DNA from: Folioceros fuciformis
Taxonomy: Eukaryota
Direction: 5' to 3'
DNA length: 51,273 nt
Assembly (NCBI GenBank): GCA_049999805.1
Contig: JBNGIO010005847.1
Coordinates: 1-51,273 of the forward strand
Below are positions 35,663-46,906 of this stretch, piece by piece. A program made the position numbers and the translations under genes. Below the pieces are notes generated by a model that saw only the letters and a list, made by a program, of their open reading frames with translations, had not been told where the DNA came from and did not search any database. Position 1 is the first letter of the stretch, and every line of letters begins with the position of its first letter.

Positions 35663-38409
35663 AATGTGGACAATCTAGAGATCATGTCTGAGGGAGGGAA
35701 AAGTAAGACACTGACTGCACAGTGAACAACTAGAAAACATCCCGTCACATGTTCTACATAGCATCCCCGTGATTGAAATACAACATTACGTACCGATGCC
35801 ACTGCACCGGCACGTATCCTAACTTATCCCCATGCTGCCGTCACGATGACTCAAAACTGTAGACTGCCATGCTCAGCTCCAAAGATTCCGACAAGAGGGA
35901 TGGCGTTCGTTGTGTGCTGAACTTTGTTCTCTGTCGAACACGTACTCCACGTTCACAGACCGCAGCGACTGACAACGACGGTAGCTGACAGTTAAAAGCG
36001 TCGGGTCTCAGGGAGAAGAAGAGTCGTGAGCAGCAAGTTGCAACTTAAAGCTCATGTACCCACCTCGTACAAAGCCCTGGCTGAGTGATTGGTGAGTGCC
36101 GACCTCTGTGCAGACGCTGATGCCAGCCCAGAGGCAGCTCCAGACTGTTCTGGATGGAGCATCACAGAAGCTTCTGAATTGAACAAGATTACCGCATACA
36201 TGCACTTCGCTACAGAAGCGTCGATTTCCTCAGCGTCACTCGCACCGGATGCTGAGCTCACAAGACGCGCAAGCTTCCATGAAGCCTAGGCTTAGATATG
36301 GACATACATAGGTACATATGTACCAGACTGGACCACAATATCCTTTTCAAGCTGTCCATGTACAATCTTTGTCGCCCCCATGGTACAGGAGGGCGCGGGT
36401 TCCAAGTTGTTCTGGTACAAAGGATTTGGCTTGGCTCCGTATGTCAACAGAAGTTCTGAGTCTCGAGAGCTGGCCCATGTGCAGTACGACGGAAAGTGGA
36501 TGAATTACCTTGGTCAACCGAGGGAGAAAGCACATCATGCAAGACATGTATGTATGGAGGTTACGTTGCGAAGGACCACCTGCATGTAGCAAACATGCCG
36601 AAACGTCATCACTGTCTGTTCCACATGGAAGAACGTGTGTACTACATACCGCAGGTCTCAAAGACTTGGGGTACCATATCCAGTACATATGAAGAAACCG
36701 TCCCTTTCGTTTTTCCAGGTACACTACATATGTACATATTCTTTCTTCCCTTTCATAACCAGCGTTTTTCAGAAAGCATCTCCCCTCGGCAGCCTCTGCT
36801 GTCTTCGGCTGCAGGGATGGATTAGACACCTGGTCCCCTCAAGAATCATGCGGAACTGACCTCGCAATTACTCGACGACACCGACGGGACTTCCCTTCCC
36901 ATCCACCCCTCTCGCTATCTGTGAGGTTAGATTTGCAGCCCCCGGCTGGGCAATGGCCGCCCTGCAGGGGGGCAACAGAGGCGGATGCGGTCGCCATCCC
37001 GCCGGGCTTGGAGGGCTTAGGGATTTGGGCAGGGCGGCCACAGAGGCCGAGGTGGTTGCCCTTCCCAGCCGCTTGCAAGGTCAGGCCCTACACTCGAGTC
37101 CAGTTCTCGCTCCTCTCAGCATCACGCTGTTGCGGCATTGGACAGGATAAATGTGGTTCAAGCCAAGGTTAAGTTCACGAGCTCGCATGGTGAGGGGTCC
37201 TCGGCGATGTGTGCACTGAATGGCAGCTCTTGTGTGTTGGAGCTGATCCTTTCTCCGGTTTGTCCAGGCGCCAGGTGGGTACAGGGGCTGGACGCCTACT
37301 AGCATTTGCAATGTTGGGGAAGCCTGCCATTTCCGGAAACCAGCCTGCAAGACCCTGGCCGCTCTGCAGATGAGGTGCAAGAAGTGTCCTTCACAGGCAG
37401 CCACGGCCGTGGTGGACAAGGTTTCGCCCTCACCGTCTCACAAATCATTACTAATGGAGGCCAAAGCGGTAGAACCCTGTCGTGCTCCACTTTTTTGCTT
37501 TTATTCGTTAGTAAAAGCAGACTACAGATTTCCCTTAATGGCTTTGGACTTTTGGCAGAGACCTGCCGAGGGGATGACATATCACAATTTGATGTTTCTT
37601 GCGGAAGTCCCGAACAGACTTACAGGCGGGATGCTCTTGGAAGGGTTGCTATTGGGATGGTATGTACTCATAGGTTGCCTACCGTGGTAGCATCTTACTT
37701 GGTGGGTGGTCTGCAAGTCTCACTGTCGAAGTTGGCTGTTGCAGTATATTCGTTTGCCTTTCTCTCCTGAACGACTATCGCTACAGACCAGTTCTTTCCA
37801 TCAGACATTTTTTACAGGACATCTGCGGAGAGGGATGTATGTTGCCCTGCGAAGTGCATGACTGAATCTTTCAAAGACATCCAAAGTAGAGGTCTGCAGC
37901 ATCTTGTGATGTCCAGTTTGTGAATCCGACGGGCGGTGGGTGACATGTGGGTTTCACGTTTATGCCCTCACTCCCTTGACTTGTCCCAAGCCTTTGACCC
38001 TAATATCCAGATTACAAATATAGTCTCCCACACCTCTGCAATCAAACAAGCAAGATTCGAAAATGGCATCTCTACAGATCCGGCCGTTCGAAACTGGCAT
38101 CTAACAAGATCCGGCCGTGATGGGAACTGACCAAGTTGCACTATGTATTACTGTACAAGGTCAGATGCTTCTTTTTGAAGTACAGTATTTTATTGAGTAT
38201 ATTTTGGTATCTTTATATATATGTATATTTATTATAATCTATCCACCTCACAAATGCATATCTAATCCTACTAGAGTTTTTTTTTGGTTCATGTCACATG
38301 GCATGCTTGTCTGGTGGACTTGGTGACAACCGTATGCCATGCTCAGAAAAAGAAATATTCCTAATATTCCTAGCCCAAACCACAGGTGGGCAGTTTTCTC
38401 TATTGATGC

Positions 38410-38600
38410 ACTAAATGACACTACTTTCTAGAACTCATGTTGTCATGACTCTCTATAGTAGAAATGGTAGTGCTGCACTAAAGCCTGACACTACTTTCTA
38501 GAACTCATGTTGTCATGACACTACTTTCTAGAACTCATGTTGTCATGACACTACTTTCTAGAACTCATGTTGTCATGACTCTCTATAGTAGAAATGATAG
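38410..38600. repeat. 30-bp minisatellite (TGACACTACTTTCTAGAACTCATGTTGTCA) followed by more degenerate units to ~38900
   Basis: Four near-identical copies. Confidence 0.9.
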
Positions 38601-39792
38601 CCTTGCATGAGGGCGTATTCATAACGTCATATCTACTTTTCTATGTTAGAAGCTTGAAAACTTGAGATATGCTTCTCTATGTTAGAAGCTTGAAAATGTC
38701 AAGCATGCTTCTATATGCTAGCAGCGTGAAAATTGTTAGGTTTGCTTTTGTGTGACATAGCTTGATAGCATCAGATCTACTTCTATGTGATAGAGCTTGA
38801 TAATGTCAACTCTACTTCTGTGTAACAAAACTTGATATTCTATGTGACAAAAGCTTAATAACATTAGGCCTCCTTTTGTGTGACAAAATCCTAACAAAGT
38901 CAATTCTCCTTCTATATGAATGGCCGCATAGTTGCATGCTAGTCAGTCTAATATGCAAGATCACTCAACTGCAGCAGCAAAAGTAGTCCTTGGCCTTGGG
39001 CCAGAAGAATTGCAAAGTTCCTGGCCTATGGCCAAGGAACAAGGGCAAGTGGAGGCATAGATAGCCTCGGACTGCAAATATCCTCCCTAGAAAATCTTGG
39101 GATGAAAACCCACAGCTTTTCCACATCAAAATTGTCTGCCACATTCTGGCAGCTAAAAAGAAAAACATAACTCACCATAGACCAAACCATCCTTTTTGTA
39201 GTCGCTCTATACGTGTGAGTCTAGGTGGAGGATCTACGTCACTCTCTAAGTCCTCATCATTTGGCTCCTCAACAGGTTCGGGCTTGATCTCCTCAAGCTT
39301 GACTCCAAGTGCAGCAAATCTGTCAAAAATTGGACTCTCTCGTTGTAGCCAATCCTCCTGTTGTGGGTAGTCAAAAACAGGTTTAGGACAATGAATGATC
39401 ATGTACGGTGCTACAAGCTTTCACAATAACCAAAATGCCTTCCTGTCCACTAAATCCCACATTGTTTGCTCCAAGTAGAGGATCTTCAACTTATCTAAGA
39501 CACGATAGAACTGCCTAGACCATCCAACTACAACAAGGCCCGTCTTGAGGTGATGGAAAAACGGTAGCCAGTCTTTCAAGTAAACTAACCTTTCTAGCAC
39601 CTTGTCTTCTCACATAATCAACTCCTTAGGTAGCTTCAAACCATCAAATGTTTGATGCATGAAGAAATGATGTTGTAATTTGTGCTGTTAAGTTTAGTAA
39701 GGTTTACATAACCCTAGCTACCAGTCACGTGAGTCAGGCTAACCTAACTCGCAAGTGAACAGTCGCACCCCTACGTAGTGGTGCCCTGGGCC

Positions 39793-42700
39793 CCTCTGCA
39801 GAACTTGGGCAATCCTTGCTCGAAAGTTTCACATATGGAGGCAACGGAGTACTTAAGACCTTCCCCTTCTCCATATTGAAACGTTGAAGCACCTTGTTAA
39901 TGTATTCAGTCTGAGACAAGTACATCAAACGCTTCTGTCTGTCTCGACGAATACGCATGCCAAGAATATGGCTTGCCTCCCCCAAGTCTGTCATGTCAAA
40001 GCGACCATTCAACTTTGACTGCAACGCTGAAATCTCATCACTGTTAGTCCCAGCAATTAGCATATCATCCACATAGAGGACTAGAATGAGCAAGCTTCCA
40101 TCCTTAGCTTGCTTCGTATAGAGGCAATGATCCATATCGCTACGCTTGTAGCCTTGAGAAAGCATAAATGAGTGGAACTTGAAATACCACTCCCTGGGTG
40201 CCTGCTTCAAACCTTAAAGGCTCTTCTTTAACTTGCACACCAGACTCTCTTTGCCCTTCTCAATGAAACTCTCTGGTTACTGCATATATACCTCTTCCTA
40301 GAGATCACCATGCAGAAATGCCGACTTCACATCCATCTGGACAAGTTCCATGTCGTTCCTCGCAACCAGACCAAGAACACATCTCAAGGTAGTTATTTTG
40401 ACAACTGGTGAGAAAATCTCATCAAAGTCAATACCTTGCTGTTGCTTAAAACCTTTAGCAACCAATCGTGCGTTGTACTTGGGTTTGCCATAATGGGGTA
40501 TGTCCTTCATCTTATACACCCATTTGCATGGCAACGCCTTCTTGCCCTTAGGCAACCAAACCAACTCCCAATTTTGGTTCTTATGTAGCGAATCCATCTG
40601 CGACTGCATCGCCTTCTCCCACTTGTTTTTGACAGTCACTGACATGGCCTCTTGGTAACAAGAGGGCTCCCCACAATCCGTCAGCATGACATAATCAAGA
40701 GATGCAACATACCTGTCAGGAGGACGTGAGATCCTTCCTGACCTACGAAGCACTGGCGCCTCGACCGGAGCTGGTTGCACTCTCTCCTCGTCTACAAGTG
40801 GAGGAACTTGTTCCTGCACATCACGATGTTCAGCCTGCGCGGGACGGTCAAGTCCATCTTCTTGGAAGACCACCCGTCGCACCTCCACAGTTGGAGTAGG
40901 CTTCTTGTGCATCTTGGTCTCATTGAAGAACACATCATTGCTGTGAACCATCCTCTTGGCTTCTGGATCCCACAGACGGTATCCCATCTCACCAGATTCA
41001 CCATAGCCAAGAAAAATACATTTTCTTGACTTAGGAGCCAACTTGTCGCGAAACTCCTTCGGAACATGGTAGTATGCCTCGCAGCCAAACACTCGTAGAT
41101 GTTTGTATGACAGCTTCTTTCCAGACCACATCTCCTCTGGAACCTGTTCATCCACAGCCCTATTAGGAGATCTGTTAATAAGATGCACTGCCGTAACCAC
41201 CGCTTCTGCCCAAAATCCGTTAGGCAATCCAGAGTTTGACAACAAACTACGCATCCTCTCTTGGATGGTCCTGTTCATCCGCTCAGCCACACCATTTTGG
41301 GGAGGAGTATACGGTGCAGTCAATTCTCTCTTGATTCCCTTGGAATCACAGAATGACTGGAAAGCTTTCGAGACATACTCTCCCCCATTGTCTGTCCTTA
41401 GACACTTCAGCCGGAGGCCAGACTCATTCTCCACAAGGGTGACGAATTTCTGAAACACTGTCAGAACATCATCCTTTTTCCTCAAAGGATAAACCCACAC
41501 CTTGCGTGAGAAGTCATCAATGAAAGTGACAAAATAAGATGCACCGCCTAACGACACAGTGGGCATAGGTCCACANNNNNNNNNNNNNNNNNNNNNNNNN
41601 NNNNNNNNNNNNNNNNNNNNNNNNNNNNNNNNNNNNNNNNNNNNNNNNNNNNNNNNNNNNNNNNNNNNNNNNNNNACTTTTGTGTTTACCTCTTGCTCCA
41701 TGTGGTGACTTCGTCTGTTTTCCATACAAACAGTGCTCACACACGGAGAAATCGGAGAAGTCAAGAGCAGGGACGTAACCAAAACGAGATAAGATCTTCA
41801 TTCCTTTCCGAGACATACGTCCTAACCGACTATGCCACAAGGAAACACTTGGCTGTTCCGCTACACAAATCACATGATCCTTGACAGTGGTTACCTGAAG
41901 TGAGTACAAAGTGCCACACTTCGATCCACGAGCTATCACAAGAGAACCTTTGGAGATCTTCCAAGTACGATCTCCAAACCAACAGTGGTAGCCAGCGTCA
42001 TCCAACTGCCCTGCGCTAATCATGCTTTTGGTCAACTTCGGAACATGCGTGACATCCTTTAGTGTGAATGAAGATCCGTTGTCGAACTTCAGCTGCACAT
42101 CACCAACGCCTGCTATCTCGCACGCGTAGTTATTTCCAAGCCGAACACATCCTTTCCTAGTAGCATCATAAGTGCTAAACCACTCCCTATGCGGAGTAAC
42201 ATGGAAAGATGCTCCAGAGTCAATTATCCAATTAGAGAGTAAGTGACTCTCCATGGCTGTCAGTTGTGCAGAACCAAAAGAAGAAGAGATAAGAACATCT
42301 TCATCGTCAACAGAGTTCACCTCATCGCGCTCGATACTCGAATCTGCCTTGTTGTCGCTCTGCTTCTTCTCCTTGCCTTTTTCCTTCTTGAACTTCTCGC
42401 AGTCCCTTCTGATGTGACCCTTCTTGTGACAATGGTAACACTCAACATTGTTACGACTACGAGATTTGCTACGGGAAGAACTTCGCTCCTTGTACTTCCC
42501 CTTTGAAGTGGACCTTCCTCTCACCATGAGGGCATTAGAACCTTTCGAAGGTTCCATATTCTTCCTGTTCACCTCCTCTGTTAACAGGCTACCTTCTACA
42601 TTTACAACGGTAAGACCACTGGCAGGAGCGGAATTACTCAGAGCCATACGGAAGGTGTCCCAGCTCTCTGGTAATGTGACCAACAGAAACATAGCTCTCA

Positions 42701-43750
42701 CGGAATCTGGGAACGAGATACCTTGAGATGAGAGTTGGCTGAAAATGGTATTGAACTCATTCAGATGATCGGACATCCTCGTCCCTTCCTTCATCTTCAA
42801 GTCCACCAGCTGTTTCAACCAATACACCTGAGAAGTCGCACTTTGCTTCTCATACAAGTCACACAGCTTCTGCCATAGCTCGAAACTTTTGATCTTGTCT
42901 TTCACGTTGAAGTAGACCGACTTCGACACTGTTAGCATGATGGTAGACCTAGCAAGCTCATCTAGATCCTGCCACTCATCCTGAGTCATGCTAACATGGT
43001 TTCACTCCTAGCAGCTTGATGGGCTTGATCTGCTTCTTCTGTACTAGAACATTATACACTTGTTTTTTCCAGAACGGGAAGTTAGTACCATCTAATTTCT
43101 CGATATTGAACATAATGTTTTCTGAGGACGTCATGCTTCAAAATCGATCCAAATCAACCAAAAGGCTAGTTTGAAATTGGTCGAAATGAAATGTAGATTC
43201 TACAGGTTACCCTCACAACTTCTTCCGAATCGTATGTCCACAACTTGGGCCTCTGTCGCTCATAACACGAATGTCCTCCTACGTCTGATCGAGATCCTGA
43301 CTTCCTCAGCTGGGGTCAATACGGCGCCCACACACTCGCTCCCAGCGTTTTCGATTTGTTCATTTTCCGGCGCTCGTCAATCGGGTCCTCGCTTCACTGG
43401 CATGCTCGTTTCGCGCGTAACGGGCACCCACGTGGTGTCCGGTGGCGCCTAGGTGGCGCCTATGTGTCGCCCGGGTGGCGCCTGCGTGGTGCCCAAGGGG
43501 CGCCTGGGTGGTGCGCGCGTGATGCCCAAGTCGCACCCAAGTGGCGCTGAGGTGGCGCCCGCGTGGTGCCCAAGTCGCGCTGACGTGGCACCTAGGTGGC
43601 GCCTATCATACCGAAATCGCCTTTTCCAATTGAGACACACCAATATGAAGCAACGCAAGCTCAGCTGTGATATAACCACCACCGGACCACGCTGCTGACA
43701 ACGCACAGGCCCCGAACCACCATGTCACCACATCTCTGCTGGATAATCCG
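39793..43750 (-). mobile_element. Tnt1-like Ty1/Copia gag-pol (leader, gag, protease, integrase, RT), 3'-truncated, no LTR seen
   Basis: gag ATG at 43134 (IEKLDGTNFPFWK), CYHCHKKGHIRRDC, WIIDSGASFH, LRTDNGGEY, QNGVAERMNRT, CKWVY, LVAKGF, LYVDDML; breaks off at KDCPSSAE. Confidence 0.97.
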
Positions 43751-44184
43751 TTACAACTTCGTGAGCATCTTCTTCCAAGCTCCCAAGCCTTCGACAGCTA
43801 GACTGTGAGAGTCCCGAGACAGGCAAGAACAGAAACAACACAGCAGTCTGGAAAGCTGTGGAGACGTACGATACGTCTCTGGAGCCACAAAAGTACGACT
43901 TGCAAAGCGTACAACCTCCATGACTCCATGGTCAAAAGTATGTATGTACTCCATGGATGCCTCAAGCGTTGATGGATGAATCTAATGTACGTACGTCACA
44001 GGCCCCGCCTTCCCCCTGAATTTCTGTTAACACCAGTCCCCTTGATGTTGGCATGTGACTCACTACCTTCTAGCGTGTTCGTCTTCTCTTATATGGATGG
44101 TTCCACCGACAATCTACTCAGGAGCTTGTCATTCCTGCGAGCGCTGAAATTTCCTGGATTTCAGAGCGTGACGAGGACGCAGCA

Positions 44185-45624
44185 ATGAGTGTAGCGGATG
44201 GAGGAGGAACTGCTACGGCTTCTGGTGCAGGCCCAGGCGGGAACACAAGGAGCGGCTCAGCCATACAGAAATTGACGCGTATTGGACTTCTGCATATGGT
44301 GCCCATGACTCTAAGAGCCATTGTTGATCTGCGAGTGCCCACAATTTTGGCCAAGGCGGGACCCAATGCCTTCCTTTCTCCCGAGTAAACGCTCGCCCTG
44401 TCCTTCATCAGTTTCCCATATATGTATCTCTCAGGAAGCGTGCTTGGAGATCGCAGGCTTTGCAGTTTGTGGGTGTTACCTGTGCTTGACGTTTGCAGGG
44501 ACATAGCAGCCCATATCCCCAACAGCACCGCCTTCACTGCGGACACCGTCGGCAGGTTCCTCCGAGTGCTGGCGGCGCACGGCGTGTTCGAGGAGTCTTT
44601 GACGGAGTCTCAGACTGGTGACGGGTTGGTGGAGCGGAAGTTCGCGCTGAATGAGGTGTCAAGCTTGATCGTGGATGACGAGGAGGGCGCGTCTCTCGTC
44701 CCTCAGGTCCTGTTTCAGACGGACAAGCTGAATGTGGACTGTGGGTATTTTTTGGGGGACATGGCGGTGGATGGAGTGCAGCCGTTCGTGAAAGCTCATG
44801 GCGTGGACACTTGGACGTACTACGCCACCGACGCAAGACTGAACAACATTTTCAACCAGTTCATGGCGAACATGACCAGGATTGTGATGGCAGTTCTCGT
44901 GACAGAGTACGCAGGATTCTCGACTTTGAAGGGCACCTTGGTGGATGTGGCAGGGGGATACGGCGGGGCTGTGAGCAGAATTGTGAAGGCGTATCCCCAC
45001 ATCGAGGGAATCAATTACGATCGTCCGCATGTTATTGCGGAAGCGCCCAGTTCTCCAGGTACGAAAATTTTCCATCCTGCCCGCAATCGTTTCGGACGCA
45101 GTTGAGGCCTGGTCATCTGGGAAGTTGTGTTTATGTGGTTTTGCAGGAGTGAAGCACATAGCTGGTGACATCTTTGACAGGATTCCCAGTGGCGACGCTT
45201 TGTTCCTGAAGGTGACTTGTCTGTAATGCAATCCTTAGGCTATTGTTGAAAGTCTCGTTCATGTTTGAGGGTTTGCCGCAGCGGTTGAATTGTGCTGTTA
45301 CGTAATATTGTACTGGCCGCACAGTGGATTCTACACGACTGGAGTGACGAGGACTGTCTGAAGATTCTAAGAAACGCCCGCAAAGCGCTTCCCGCTCACG
45401 GCAAGATTATCATAGTAGAAGCCATTCTTTTCAGAGAGACGAATCGGGATGAAGCAACCCAAGCTCAGTTGCACATGGATATGCTCATGCTGAGCATCAA
45501 CGTAAGAGGGAGGGAGAGGACAGAGGCAGAGTATCGTAAACTGGTGCTGGATGCTGGGTTTTCTCGGTTGGAGCTTGCTTATACCGGGGATGCTCTCTTC
45601 TCTGTTCTGGAAGCATTTGTCTAG
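44185..45624 (+). CDS. OMT: Class II O-methyltransferase (COMT-like), copy 2; exons 44185-44384, 44499-45058, 45147-45211, 45325-45624
   Basis: Close paralogue of copy 1 with identical intron positions; LVDVAGGYG, WILHDW, GRERTEAE. Confidence 0.95.
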
Positions 45625-45779
45625 ACTCTGCACACGAGAATCAAACAAAAACTGCACTGTAACGGAAAGTCATGGTGCATCTTGGTCGGCATGCTCATAA
45701 TAGATGAAGCACCTTTCCCGACAGAAGAGAAAATAGAAACGGATTGTGAAATGCAGGCTCAAAGCGCTGCAGATCGGCG

Positions 45780-45836
45780 AATCCTAGGAAGAGTTCCGCG
45801 ATCTGGTGCTGGATGCTGGCTTTAACAGCCTGGGTC
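45780..45836 (+). pseudogene. Tiny OMT C-terminal remnant
   Basis: EEFRDLVLDAGFNSL parallels EYRKLVLDAGFSRL. Confidence 0.55.
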
Positions 45837-45976
45837 CAGCCTACAGCGTAGGTTGTACTGCCGACGGGAGGCCTCCTGTTTGAGAATGGCTGAAGCCCAC
45901 CGCCTCACTTGAGGAGTTGATGAACCAATTGAATGGGAAGTCGATGAACCAATGGAATGAGAAGCCGATAAACCAA

Positions 45977-46135
45977 CAGTGCAGTTGGCCACTGACTGTG
46001 TAGTGCAGTTGGCCACTGACTGTGTAGTGCAGTTGGCCACTGANNNNNNNNNNTGTGTAGTGCAGTTGGCCACTGACTGTGTAGTGCAGTTGGCCACTGA
46101 GTGTGTAGTGCAGTTGGCCTCTGACTGTGTAGAGC
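45977..46135. repeat. 24-bp minisatellite (GTGCAGTTGGCCACTGACTGTGTA) with a gap
   Basis: Direct periodicity. Confidence 0.95.
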
Positions 46136-46319
46136 AGTGAAGCACATCCTTGGGACCACTCCCCACCTCCCACTTCCTCCCATGTGTGCAAGGTGGAATT
46201 GCCAACGGCTCCACCGCGCCCTTGCTCTCACATGTGCAATGTGGTTTTGCCAACGGACGGGATGGAAAAAAGCTGCCTCCTCGGTCTACAGCCACGCAGA
46301 CATTGATTCGGCTTTGTAC

Positions 46320-46830
46320 GCTGCATGGTGTATGTGGCGGGAGGCTATGGTGCAAGCATAAGCACTGTAGTGAAAAATCATCCTCACCTCAGAGGCATCA
46401 ATTTTGACGGTCGTCATGTCATTAATTATCCCCCAAGTCGCCCAGGTCTGCAACTCGATCTCTTCAGCTCCTCTATATGTGCGGGAGCCTGCCAGTGGGG
46501 ACTCTTTACGATGTACCTAAGGTTCTCCAAGTGATTATTCTTGCAGGAGTGGAGCATGTAGCGGGTGACATGTTTGAGTCTGTTCTCCTGGAGACACCAA
46601 ATTGATGAAGGTAAACTGCTTTCGAGAATAACTTGGCCCAGAATTGTGATAGGGCTCCGTACTCTGGCGTCCTCGTGAACTGACTGCACTGGATGGATGT
46701 GTTTGAGCAGTGGATTCTACGACTAGGACGATGAAGCCTGCCTCAAAATTCTGAAGAACGTTCTTAAAGCACCACTATCTCATTGCAAGCTCATCATCGT
46801 GGAAGGTCTCTTGTCGATTGAAACTGTAGG
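46320..46830 (+). pseudogene. OMT: OMT pseudogene fragment (end of exon 2, exon 3, start of exon 4)
   Basis: VYVAGGYGASISTVVKNHPHLRGINFDGRHVI, GVEHVAGDMFES, WIL(fs)D*DDEACLKILKN..KLIIVE; ends in a short tandem repeat and an LTR. Confidence 0.88.
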
Positions 46831-46906
46831 GTCTCTTGTCGATTGAAACTGNNNNNNNNNNGGTCTCTTGTCGATTGAAACTGTAGGGTCTCTTGTCGAT
46901 TGAAAC

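Noticed and set aside
37215..37290. ELILSPVCPG as a P450 heme-motif remnant
   Set aside because: Lacks the FxxGxR core; the similarity is too weak
43430..43610. GC-rich GGTGGCGCC palindromic repeats
   Set aside because: Lies within the Copia 5' leader, where such repeats are common
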